From NCBI GenBank assembly GCA_012295275.1, contig CM022665.1, forward strand, positions 620,001 through 684,000: a stretch of DNA of 64,000 nt, given 5' to 3'. Below are positions 28,045 to 54,210 of this stretch, piece by piece (the first letter of the stretch is position 1; each line of letters starts with the position of its first letter). The translations under genes and the position numbers were made by a program. Origin of the DNA: Chrysomallon squamiferum. Taxonomy: Eukaryota > Animalia > Mollusca. The notes under the pieces were generated by a model, which was not told the DNA's origin, did not search any database, and was given only the letters and a program-made list of their open reading frames with translations.

Positions 28045-28764
28045 ATGAATAAACCTATCTGACTCCCTACGTAAACTCGAGGATGTGGGAAATAAAGGTA
28101 ATTTTAGCATATATGCATGAAGAAGCAAACAAGATACTTCTTTTGTTACAAATCAATTATTACTATTTATTACCGAGGAAATGTGGCAGTTAGTTCCAAT
28201 TTATTTATTATCACACTCATAACATTACAAATCCGATGGCAACTTTATTCTTTTCTCGGGTAAAGATTCTTGAAGTGAACTGAGGAAATTAAGTCAGCTT
28301 TTGGCGTAAATGACCAATCGTGATCTTGGATTGACGAAGCTATTTCCGTTACCACTCGAATCTGGCCGGTCATCATTTCACCCAAAACATGTCGAATTGC
28401 GACATTTTCCGCCATTGGAGTCTCGCCAAACCAGGAAAGTGCAGCCGTTGATAGCAAAGCTTCACAGCTCATTAGACAGAGCAAATAAATATTCCTTTCG
28501 TCTGGATGAGCATGTCACAAAAATATGTCCCTTCTGCTTGATTTAGCTTTGAATGCCAGATGCAGTAAAATATTTTAGCTCTAACGGAAGTGTCATTAAA
28601 AGAATTTGTTGTAAAACTTTGATTAACAAACAGTGCATGATGCCCGTGAAGGAAACATCTAAATGAGAAGTGCTTGTGTATAATGTGTATGTGTATTTGT
28701 ATGTCTGTATGTGCATGTGTGAACACAAGCACGTACATATGGTGCCCCTCAATATCGAACCATG

Positions 28765-28785
28765 AATAATAATAATAATAATAAT

Positions 28786-28817
<32 letters not shown>

Positions 28818-28834
28818 ATCAATCAATCAATCAA
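28765..28834. repeat. (AAT)n(CAT)n(CAAT)n compound microsatellite
   Basis: Direct reading. Confidence 0.9.
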
Positions 28835-29052
28835 GCCAAACATAAAATAGCTTTCGTTTATTCTTTGTCAAGCATTATTATTATTGTTATTATTATTATT
28901 TATTATTATTATTATTATTAAATTGTAACGTTACAGTATAAAATATTCTAAGATCTAAGTTAATGACTGAGCAAGATTCTTATAATACCACAAAACATTG
29001 TGAAAATGCAACAGAAATATTAAATATTACTGTTGTTAAAATTTAAAAAAAA

Positions 29053-29113
<61 letters not shown>
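29053..29113. repeat. (AAT)n microsatellite
   Basis: Direct reading. Confidence 0.95.
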
Positions 29114-29119
<6 letters not shown>

Positions 29120-29929
29120 AAATTAAATAGAAAAAGAAAAGGTAAACGTACAAAAACTTTTATTCGAAAATGATAAATGTTAATTATAAATATGTATGAG
29201 TAATCAATTATTTATTAAGAGACTGAGCAAAATACTAAAGACGTACATCTTTTTTGTTGGGGGGGGGGTCTTAAAATAAAACAATATAAAACAGAAACCC
29301 ACCGAAATAAATATAAATAAATAATATCGAATAACAGTTATATTATTAGTTATTAAATTAAAAAATACATTCCATTTAATGAAACTATACCTATATTAAA
29401 AGGCAGAAAACACATTTTTATGAATGTCTTAGTTTTTAATAACATACCAGTGAGTTTGGGAGTTTGGAGTATACAGCCATATACTGTAATGTTTTCAATA
29501 TTAAAACTGCGAATTAGGGAAGAACAATGGCCATTCTGCATTGCAAACTAGAACAGGTAACACAAACCTATGACATCAGTAATGTTTATTACTTACTGAT
29601 AGTTAAATTAAAAATGTTTATTCGATATAACAAACACATAATTTAATAGGCCTGAGTAATGCAGATCCCTTTGTTTTAACACAAGGCATCTGTAATTATG
29701 ATACTAATTTTAATTTAGTTTAATTCATCTAAAAAAAAAAAAAAAAAAAAAAAATAAAAAATAAAATAAAATAAAATAATAATAATAATAAAAAAATATT
29801 AAAAAATAATAAAGAAGAAGAAGTTCTTTTAAAAATAAATTGAAATGCCTAAAAGAATCATTTAAAAAGATTGTTAGTGATAATTGTCCTCTTTCAGGAA
29901 CATCTGTATTAAAATGTAAAATACATTGC

Positions 29930-30086
29930 AATAAAAACGAAATGAGAGCCCTTTTTACGGAAATCAATGAGAGTCATCTCCCTTACATACTTCTTACCCC
30001 ACAATAAGTTTTATTTAGTATCCATATCCTGTTTGATTGTACATGTGTATTTTATTTAAGAAGTAATTTTCTTTACTGTTGTGAAA
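29930..30086 (+). promoter_or_regulatory. UTP11 proximal promoter / 5' leader
   Basis: Immediately upstream of the ATG. ETS-like CGGAAAT near 29958 and GAGTCATCTCCCTTA at 29971-29985. Confidence 0.4.
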
Positions 30087-33000
30087 ATGTCTTCATATAA
30101 AAATATTAATAAATCGAAACAAAAAACACACAAGGAACGAATACAGGTAATTCATTAATTTATTTAATTAGGCGCTTTCAGTTTCAATTTCATTATTCAT
30201 GAAAATTTAAATATTAAACATTTATCAATTTTATGATTAAAATGAAAAGAGCTCATTTTTTACAATCATATAGTTACTAAAGTTAGACATGTAGGAAGGA
30301 CATAGAGGCAACCGTTGGGTTTTATTGCCCTGGACACTGTCCACATTTTGAGCACGAATGCAAGTGTGTACGGCAACCACAGGGGCTATATTATTAGTAT
30401 ATACTAATCATAGGTATACAATGTGACAACATTTTCAGAAATATTATTTTCCTATAAATTTATATCTCATCAGAAAAAAAAAAAAAAGAAGAAAAAGGTA
30501 GACTAAAATGACACCAAGATACCTTTGATAGCACTGATATGAAGAAGGTTATGAATTTTTATCGGAATTAAATTGGCCAGTATTTTTCCTTTACAATGTG
30601 AAGAACCACTGATTCATTTTAGTCATTTGTTGTTTTGGTAAATATAATGGTGAAACAAAAACTCAAATGAGGATACCTCCTTCAAGGAAAGCAAAAATGT
30701 GTCACAAAAATAGATAAAACATGCTGCAGTGCAGAGATGGCTATTATCACATACTAGACAAATGTCACATTGTCAACCTCACCATTGGTGAAATTGCCTA
30801 ACTTCAACTTCTTCTAGGGCAAAAATCACCGTACATTTTATGTGCAATAAAATGCTTTTTAAAATGATTATATTATTAAAACACATGAATTATTAAATTA
30901 TTACCATTGTGTTTTACAAATCAAAGAAAAAAACTTGGTTTTGATCAAAAGTCAGTAAGACTAAATGTTGTATTTTATATGTATACAGAATCAAATTAGG
31001 CATAATTAATAATCAAACATTTTATTATTAGCATCAAAGAAAATTTTAGTTCCATAATTTGTTATTTTCTTTATATAATGAAGAAAAAATAACCAATTAA
31101 TTGAAACGAATTAAGTTATTTGTTTATTTAATGACACCACAGCACAAAAAATTGGTCACTGCTTATCATTGAGAGGTAAATAAAAAAAATATTTAAAAGT
31201 TGATGTAAAAATCTAACATAACATATAGATATAGATATAATATGTCAGATACCTTTTTTTTATTTATGAAAACCAGTAAGTTTAAAAAAAAATTAAAATG
31301 AGATATGGATGAAATCTAAACATCTCCATCACATACTCATCCTGTAGGCATATTGTTTTATTGGAAGTACATATTTTATTTCCACATCCTGTGTGATGAT
31401 ATCAGTCATACTTAGAGCATCTGGGAACTCAGTAATCACCTTTTTCATTACTTTTTTTCACTCTCTCTTGAGAGGTGATGTAATTTCTTTCCAAGTTAAT
31501 AAGAATTTCACTGTTAGCCTGCCAAATGTTGGACTTTTCACCTGGTTGATGGGCAGACATTTCCATCTGGTCAACTTCCACTGTCATCGTTGGATTCGTC
31601 AGAGCCTGATCATGATATCCTTCAACAGATTAATATGGCAAAACCTTGTCAACCTGCCTCAATCTGGTGTATTAACAACATAACCTGTGTCACTAACTTT
31701 ACATTCTACAATGTACAGACCACTTTGCAGTGATGATTTAGGAACTGGCAAATACATTAGTTAATTGCCACCTGGATTAAATTATCTTATTTTAGCTTTC
31801 CTATCTAATTATTTTTTTATTTTAGTTTGAGCTTTCTCTAAATTATTTTGGGCTAATTGAGTTGTCTGCCATAACCTGTCTTTTATTTTAGCTACATAGT
31901 TAAGAAGATTGTCAGAGTTATTTTCTTGTAACCAGTTATTTTTTACTAACTTTTAGGGACCTTTGTGGATGTGCCTATATATCAAGTCAAATGGGGAGTA
32001 ACCCAGTGATTCTTGTTTTTAATCTCTACCAGCAAATAGTACATAGTACACCCTGATCCCAATCTTGACCATGTGCATGCTTTTTAAGCTCTGGTGAAAT
32101 CTTTCCAGAGCCCCTTGTGTCTCAGGGTGATACACACTACACCTAACCTGAATCTATCTCATCTACTCCTTCTAATATGTATCAGTTAAGTCAATTAAAG
32201 GATTTTCCTTGCCATATATCTAATAGTAATGCAGGCTGGAAAAGTATCAGTTGCCTCATCATCACAGGTTAAAATTGGAATATTTAATACCTTTAATTTT
32301 CGCCCTTCTAACCACAACTTTCTGAAAGATCATTGCCCAGCAACATATCTACATCCTCCATTGGTAAACTGTCTGTGAGACCGACCAACACCTCTCCAGA
32401 AACTAGAGCTGAATTGAGACCAAGTCAGTGTAATGGAATGGTAGTACACATTCCTCCAACTGACTGAATGTTTATATTTTTGCCTGTTGCCGATTTTTCT
32501 GGATCTCTTATGGCATTTTTAAAAATCAGGCTCTGCCAAGCTCCTGTGTCTTAAAAAAGGGAAATTGTCCATGGAGGGCAGATTAAACAATCAAAAATGT
32601 TATGTATATAAAATGTTACTGATAGAGGACATTTGCATATTACACACTATCAAAATAAGAACAGACAATGGCTTGCCATAGTCTTCCGTAAAGGCAAGGT
32701 CATTCAAAAACATGAGTTCCCCGACTTTTTGCTTCTCGCTTTGATAATCTTCCTGTAATACCTAGCAAAAGGAGTTTGCATTCCTCTGGAGATAGTTTCA
32801 AAGTTCATTTAAGCATCTGAAAGATAATCAGATCATCAATGATAATCATGCAAATACTGAAATACAAATCACTTAGGCAGTTCTCCATCAACCACTGGTA
32901 TGTGGCAAGGCTGTTGGTTAACCACAAACTCATTCTGTTGTACTCATAAAAGCCCAAAGGTCCAACATTGAAGGGAGTTCATCCTCTTCAAGAATAAGTA

Positions 33001-36000
33001 CTTGGTGGTAAATCCTTTTCATATCAAGGACAGAAAATATCTTTTAATCTGGCAACTGATAAAAAATATCATGGCAAAGCATGTACATTCTTGATGTTCT
33101 TTGATTGAGAATGCATCCACAGACTTCTATCAGGGTCTGGCTATAACAACTGGTTATATCCACAAGCCTGTAGTTGTTTGATGTGGAATCTTGAATGATT
33201 TGTGTTTTGTCAAGTCAGTTCTATGCTGAAATCATGGATAAACATGGATAATACCCAGTATCATCACTGCCTCTGGAAAAAAATGTCTTTATATTTTAAA
33301 ATCAGCTTCTTCATGTCAGCTTCATTGATAACTCAAACTACATGGGTTGTGAAAGTTAACACCAAAAACTGAAGCCAAAAGTATAGGTGATTATGTACAT
33401 AATATAAAAGCATTTATTAAAAGCCAATAACAACATCCCAGATGGTTACATTTCAATAAAGTAATATACAGATGACCCCTCTGTGCTCACTTATTACAGA
33501 TGTCAGATCTAGTCAATGTTGATTGACATTATATATCTTGTACAAAGATGTGTTTTCCTTATTTAAAGTTTTTTTTTTTAGTAAAATTGTTAAAGAATAG
33601 TTTTCTGTCATTGATTATCCCAAGCAATGGTCTCAACTGAGCACTGTAGTATGTAAATTTGTTAAATGTTTTTATGCAAAGAGCACAGTTCCTACAATCA
33701 CATAAAATTTGATTTTTGTCAATAACTACCCTCTGAGATAAGTTGTACATATTTTAGTGAGCTGATAATTGTAAATTTCTGCCAATTATTACCAAACTGT
33801 CACTATAACAATGCCAAAATCTCAAAATAAATTTTAAAGAAAAAGTAAAAATTTCAGCAACAAAAAACAAAAACAGATTTGATTAATCTCAGTAATGTCA
33901 ACCTTTGATGAAGTAAAATTAATAAAATGGAGACATCCAAAATTTTCCAGATACGGAACCCTATTATTATATAATATCCCAAACACTGGTCTTATTTGTT
34001 TTCAGTGACTTTCAGTCATGATTTTAAAAAAATGCCTATCTTTAGTCATTGAAAAGTGTGCTGTAATCAACTTTAGTATGAATCATGACTGACACACTTT
34101 GTATTTACAGTTAGGTGCATCTTAATTAAATTATTATTTTTATATCAAATGAAATTATTCAAAAAGACATACTACATCTTATGATGGTTGTCTTTTCTTA
34201 GTCATATCATTTTATGTGTCTTAATTTGTTCACCTTGCAGAGAGATGTAAATTATATATCACTAAATAAATCTAATTTGTTTCAGATCACTGGTTAACTT
34301 ATAAAGTATAATTTAAAATCAGGTTCATAATTAGGTGTCTGGAAATATATTCACTGATACTAGAAAAAGTTGCAACTTTTGTAAAAGAAAATAAGTACAT
34401 AAGTAGATCTGATGGCCTCTGAGATGATGCACTTGGTTTAGAAAATTGTGTGTAATGTTTAATAAATTATTATCTGAAAGTTTTAATCTAACAGCTTTAT
34501 GATCTTCTTGAGTCTGAGAAAGCTTTTTGTAATAAACATTCAGAATAAACAGAGGATGTTGTTACGGAATTATATTAAAAGAATAAATTATGAAGATGAT
34601 AAACTTTAAAAAATATTTCATATTTAAAATGGGATTCAATGTAATAATTCAATACACAGTTAAATATAATGCATACAGTTTCATTTTTGTCTGGTAATCA
34701 CACCTTTATGTATTTAAATAGAACATGTTAAAATTTGTACTTTTTTCTATTTTTATAGATACATATGTATGTATGTACATAAGTTGGATATTTCCTTTAT
34801 TAATAGAGTTTTATATAAAAAAAAAATAATAATAATAATTGTATTTTTATTTTTTGTTATTTTGTTTTAGCCACAAGAGCGGGCACATTTGGGCTTCTTA
34901 CAGAAGAAGAAAGATTACAAAGCTCGTGCAGAGTAAGTTGATATTTAACTTTATATCTGAATGAACAAAAAATAAATATATCAAATGAGTCCTTTATTAA
35001 TTTTGTCCTTGTTTTATGATATGTGTTAAATATAAATTGAATTATTTAAAAAAAATTGAAATAAAAAATTATTATTATTTGAAAAAATATATAGATCAAT
35101 AAATCTAATAAATGGGTAGTTCACATTTGTGTGGGGTTTTTTATTCTTAATAAACTGACAGCCACTATAAATATCTATATTTTGATGTTTTTATTTATTT
35201 ATTTATTTCATTTACTTTTTTTTTTTTTTTTTAACACCAGAGACTACCAAAAGAAACAAAATACTTTGAAAGTTTTGAAACGAAAAGCCCTAAACAGAAA
35301 TCCAGATGAGTTTTACTTCAACATGGTCAAAACACAGAAAATGGTGAGTCACTGTCAAGTTTCTCATGCTTCTGCAATTTGTGACATTTATTAATTACCT
35401 CCAGACCAAATCATTTGTTGAAAATACATTCACACTCTTAATTTTTATATATATATATATATATATATAGTATAGATACCACTCTCCCATAATAACCATT
35501 ATATTTGTAATGCATTTTATGTTCGAACATTTAATATTATTGTCTGTTGGTAACTGTTTTATAACTGGTACTCTGAAAACATTTTGATATTTTTGTTAGG
35601 ATGGTGTTCACAAACTGAAAGAAACTTCAGAGCCTACATTCACAGACACACAGCTGAAGCTGATGGAATCTCAGGATTTAAGATATGTCAACTTTAAAAG
35701 AACTTCAGAACTGAGGGTATCACAACCCTACAAAATACTTTTTATGTTGTTATTTTTATTGTATATGTTTTTGTTTATTTTTAATTTTGAGGGAGGAAAG
35801 TCATGTTACTAGTTATAGTAATAGTGTTATACAAACAAAATATGTTTCTGTTTGAATAATTAATGTTTTTTATAAATTGTTGTTAACTTTAATCTTTGCT
35901 ATAATTGATTCCTTATAATTACAAATAATAAAATGTTTTTAATTTATTCAAACACTCTAATTTAGTTATTAGGATTAAAACTATTTATATGCTACCCAAA

Positions 36001-38916
36001 CTATAATTCTGATTAAAATCAATAAAAAAACTGAAGGTTTTCTTTGCTGTTTTGATTTCAAAACTTAATAGATTCTGTAGAATATTTAGCCATTGTGCAG
36101 CTGACATGAGTTTTTATCATACTATAGTAATAGAATTGCTTAGCCTTGGTAATGTAACCAGACCCAAGACATTCACTGATAGCTTAATCCTTAAGATTTT
36201 GCCATGGAGTATACATCCTGTCTCAAGGAGGTACATGTGATGATTGTACTGAGTGTCTAAAGCAAATCATTATATACATATATATATATATATTTCAGTT
36301 TCAGAATAAAAAAAAGTTTTCAAGTGATGTGTAATGTGTGTATATATATATATATATATATATTATTATTTTTTTGTTAAATTTTATTTTCAGAAAATTG
36401 AGAAGTGCAAGTCAACTTTGCATTTGATTGATGCTGAAGATAAACCTAAAAACAAACACATAATATTTGTTGACAGTGAAAAGGAAGGTTTGTATTTATA
36501 TAATGCCCCTTTTTTAATCCATGATTTATTCCAAATGATAAAACTATAACATTCTGATATTTAAAGAAACATTGTTTAGTGTTTGAAAATAATATTTTTT
36601 GTCATTTCAGTAAAACAGTTTGACCCAGCAAAGTATTTTGATACTCATCCTGCTTTAGTCTCACGTACCTACAACAGACCAACCTGGAAAATGCTCAAAG
36701 AAAAAGATTTCTTTTCACATCTTGATGATGCCACAGTCACGGTAAGTCATCTTATTTTTAATCAAAACTTTTATCAGTACTGCAGTATTAGTTCATTTTA
36801 AATGTAGTTGTTATTTTTATTCATTTAAACAGACCTCCGTTAAAGAGGTAGATCACATTTTAGGGATTCAAGAAAATATCCATACTTTTAAGGATTGGCT
36901 GTCTATTCTGTCTGCAAATATGAATGTTATTAAGTCATAAGATATACATAGACACATGAACTGAGTTGACTGGTAGTTGGTACATACTCATTTAAAGTTT
37001 ACAAAATACTAATTAGTAACTGTTGTTTGGAGATTTCCCATTGTTTATCAGTTTACAGGTCATGGATATTATGGAGAGTTAAAAACCCTTCGTTGGTTAG
37101 TAAAATAAAGTACAATATTTGTTAAATATATGAAAATATATTTGAAAAGTGTTTTGTTACAAATCTTAAGAGAACAAATTAGTCACTGAATTAACTGGTC
37201 ACTTGTGACTTTAAGGTTTTCTGGAATCATTAAGAGAAAAGTTTTAGCCTGAGGAACGACATGACAGAACAATAATAAAATCAATAATCTAAACAGAACA
37301 TGTGGGCATCTATTGATGGGTAGTTGTGTTGTAACACATAAGAATAGGATGACTTGACTCTAAATCAATAAATCTCTTTTTTTAACTGATGTTCATGGCC
37401 TTGCGTATTGGAAAGAAAATAATCTTCTTCATTCAGCAAATAGAGAAATACAGTCAAGATTAAACTCTTTATTTTTAAAACATTTTTGAAAATGTCTTGT
37501 CAGTATTTGTTGAGAAAATATTTCTGTGTGCTTTCTGACTGACTGGAAATAAATCTTTATTCAAAGTTTTAATTGCTTTTTGATGAATGCTAGACATTCA
37601 AAGCCAGTTTTTATTAAAAAAAAAAAGGAAAAAAATATTGAGAAAACCTTTCATCTGGGTTTTAGACAGATTTAGATTTAGCCATCCTATTTTATTTTTT
37701 TATAATTTTTGATCATTAAATAAATATTAGTTTATAAATATTGAATATAGTATATTGATGATAAATCTGTTATCTAAATTTATTTTTTAAGAAAACTGAA
37801 AAAAAAAAAAAAAATCTTAGTTTTAGTAAGAAAAATAAAAAATGATATCTTGGAATTAAATTAGAATTTATGACATTTCAACGTTTACTGTTGTACATCA
37901 AAATAATGATAAAATGGCTTTTCAGAATTCCCAATTTTGCCTTATAAACAAGAAACTTTGAAATTCTTCTAAACAAAATTCTGTCTGTTCTACCTTCTGC
38001 CTTAGTTTTGTGGATGCACAACTGTATGTAGTATCAGTAAGTGAGGAATAGAACATCTTTAATTTTTGTTTCATTTGAAAAAAAATAAAAAAAATAAAAA
38101 AATATGATTTGTATTTAATAATAAATATTAGTTTAAAATTTAATTTAGCTTGAAATGGAATGAAAAACCTATTTACCATTGTTTTGCAGCAACTTGGAGA
38201 AGAAAGGCAAAAGAAATATAAGGAACTGACAAAAAGGATAGAAAGAGAAAAACAGCTGAAAATAATTAGTGATAAAATGGAAGTTAAGATACACTTGATG
38301 GTCAGTATAGATAGTTTGTGTACATCACAGGTTTCTCAACATGCACACACCTAGATACCATGTGTCTTTAGTTAATCATTTCAGTCATTTTCAAGACTGT
38401 TAATAATCAAACACTACATTTATATTTATTAAGTAGTGAAGTAGTTCATGATACTGAGTCATAAAATTTTAAACGTTTTATGACTCATTAGCGTGGTTAA
38501 GAATTCATTATTAAACAAGATATGATCTCACTATCAGTACATGATAGTTTCAAGCTGTTAACACCTATATAAATTATAATTCTGAATAATAAAATGCTTG
38601 TTTTTCCCAGTGCTGATCCATCATTTAAAACTTAAATGTATCAATACAGTAAAGTTAATGGTGATTGTATTGATTATTATTTAAAAATTTCCCCGCATTC
38701 TAGATTTCTTGCTCACTAAACAAAATGTTTGACTTTCTTATTTATGATAGAAATTTTATACATTTAACTATTATCAATAGATCTGTTGTGTTGTTTATTC
38801 ATTTGAATTAGACTTACTTTTCTTCACAGGATTCAAAAACAAAGAAAGAGAAAATTGCAGATGAAACAAAAGAGTCAGCAGCTCAGTATGTTTGGGAATA
38901 CAAAAGGAAGAAATGA
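30087..38916 (+). CDS. UTP11: U3 small nucleolar RNA-associated protein 11 (SSU processome), 8 coding exons, 254 aa
   Basis: Exons with GT-AG boundaries and consistent phases: 30087-30146 (MSSYKNINKSKQKTHKERIQ), 34871-34932 (PQERAHLGFLQKKKDYKARA), 35241-35343 (EDYQKKQNTLKVLKRKALNRNPDEFYFNMVKTQKM), 35600-35716 (DGVHKLKE...SQDLRYVNFKRTSELR), 36394-36487, 36611-36741 (FDPAKYFDTHPALVSRTYNRP), 38190-38300 (YKELTKRIEREKQL), 38830-38916 (..YVWEYKRKK*). Total 765 nt. The HKER.QP..R.HLG.L.KKKDYK.RA and NPDEFY motifs are recognised from the Utp11 family. Confidence 0.96.
31330..32590 (-). mobile_element. Decayed Gmr1-like Ty3/Gypsy LTR retrotransposon fragment (protease - integrase - start of RT) in UTP11 intron 1
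   Basis: Minus-strand translation with stops and frameshifts gives, in order: protease DTGAWQSLI (~32550-32525), IPLH..LNSALVSGEVLVGLTDSLPMEDVDMLLGNDL (~32440-32325), FPACIT. Then integrase SVYHPETQGALERFHQSLKSM (~32135-32078), DWDQG, QESLGYSPFDLIY and the GPY/F-type end YVVNTPD...CHINLLK (~31685-31620). Then the RT N-terminus NSEILINL...IITQDVEI..VLPIKQYAYRM (~31520-31338). Confidence 0.85.
32660..33330 (-). mobile_element. Decayed Ty3/Gypsy reverse transcriptase fragment (second element) in UTP11 intron 1
   Basis: Minus-strand translation: KKLILKYKDIFSRGSDDTG..QHRTDLT, QLPD*KIFSVLDMKRIYHQV (~33058-33000), NVGPLGFYEYNRMSLWLTNSLATYQWLMENCLSDL..ICMIIIDDLIIFS (degenerate YxDD near 32832-32843), LKLSPEECK, FARYYRKIIK. 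Heavily deleted, with stops. Confidence 0.85.
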
Positions 38917-40642
38917 CAACAGTTATTGATAATGAGTTTTACCAAGTAAAAACTGTTTGTTTGGAGACCATATTGGATAAATATACCAAACGTTGTTTAT
39001 TTTACCAACTTGTACAAGAAAACAAAGCAAACACTTTCCAGCATATATTAAATATAGTTAAAATATTTATTCTTGTTTTAAAAAAAGTTCTTTTTTGTAG
39101 TTATTTCCACATTAAGGTTAGTTGGTCTTACAACTTTCTTTTCTGTTTTTAAAACTGTTTGCCAATAATACAAAGTTAGTAAGAAAAAGATTACTTACTA
39201 TAACCAAACCAGTATCTGCAGTGTCTAAATATTAAGATCCAGGATGACGACAAATGGGTTCAATCAAAAACAAAAACAACAACAGTTCCCACCATCATTT
39301 TATTCTTATTTTCATTTTTCCCAAGTTCTATTTATTTTTCATCTCTTCAGTATGGCAAATAAATATCCAATATTTATATAACAAAAATAAAAGACATAAA
39401 AAAAGCTCGACCAACATTAAAAAATGAACTATTAGTTGGGCCATACGCTTTTAAACCACCTTTAACGGTTTATGTTTACCTTTCTTTAAATGAAAAGTCA
39501 TAAATAAACCCCTAAATAATAGTAATTAGCATATGTAAAATCAATAAAAAAAATTATCTTTAGCCATTTACACATATTAGAACATGCATGTTCAATCTTT
39601 GTTGTTCCTTACAGCATAAAAGACTGATAATCTAACAAATGTAAGACAATAGCAAAAACAGAAAACTTATCATTTTTATAAAACAAAGGACATAACAGCA
39701 TCACCATCACATTGGAATGATACATTTATGATCAAGAAAAATGTACATACACATATTCTGTCATTTAAAAAAAGAAACCAAAAAATGTATTTAAAAAATG
39801 AAAGACTGTTTTATTCATTCAAGACACTTAATAATGCTATCTGTGTGTCTTTTAAATTTTGATATATAATGTCTTTTACTTTCAGTATTGATGAACTATC
39901 TAACAATTTAAAAAGTAATAAATTCAAGGTCCATACCTAATGGAAATTAATAATGACAGTATAAAAAGATGTATCAATAGTAAATGAAAGTTTTATCCCA
40001 AATATGACATTTCAGTTGTAAAAATGTGATTATGAATACTTGTGTAACAAGACAGAATCTTGTCTGTATTTTTTTAAAAATCATATTTTTTGCAATAATA
40101 GAAATTGAGATTTAAACAGTAATACAAATTTTTCCACAACTGTTTTTGTTAGAAACATTTTGTACCTGCCTCTGCCAAAAAAAAGTGGCAGAGTTGAAAA
40201 CTGTTTCCATTTAGAGGAAAAATGTTCCATCATTGTCACAAAAATGAAATGCCCATCTTTTATCGTACATCATACTATTGATATTTGTTAACTATATATA
40301 AACTCTTAATCCTCAAAACTACAGTTTGAACCAACATTTTGTCTTTTTAAAAAGAATTAGAGACATTTCAGCTTGTGTTAAATCTTTTTACCAAATACAA
40401 TTATCACATTTCAATAAGTGTACTGCTGCTTCTTCATAGAAGCTGACACCTATTACTGAGCAGCATACATTATCTAAAAAAACGTGGCATGCTGACATTT
40501 TGGGACAAAAAATGCCTTTATTATATACACTTCTGAAATTCTTTGAGATACCAGCTCAAACAAAGCACCATAAAAAAAAATGTTTTCACTGAAACACTAA
40601 TGGCCAAATTTGTTCACTAGTTCATACTAGTTACCACTTTCA

Positions 40643-54210
<13,568 letters not shown>

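Noticed and set aside
9-29967. Dozens of 60-175 aa ORFs in the track (poly-N/I/L/Y, CV, ER, SL, FIYL repeats)
   Set aside because: They are translations of microsatellites or AT-rich low-complexity DNA, with no domains or splice-consistent structure.
31393-31683. 96-aa plus-strand ORF in UTP11 intron 1
   Set aside because: Antisense shadow of the minus-strand retrotransposon integrase/RT remnant.
36080-36255. Possible intronic snoRNA in UTP11 (GTGATGA...CTGA at ~36237-36252 and weak hairpins upstream)
   Set aside because: The C and D boxes are only a few nt apart, and there is no convincing H/ACA architecture or rRNA guide. Would need snoscan/Rfam.
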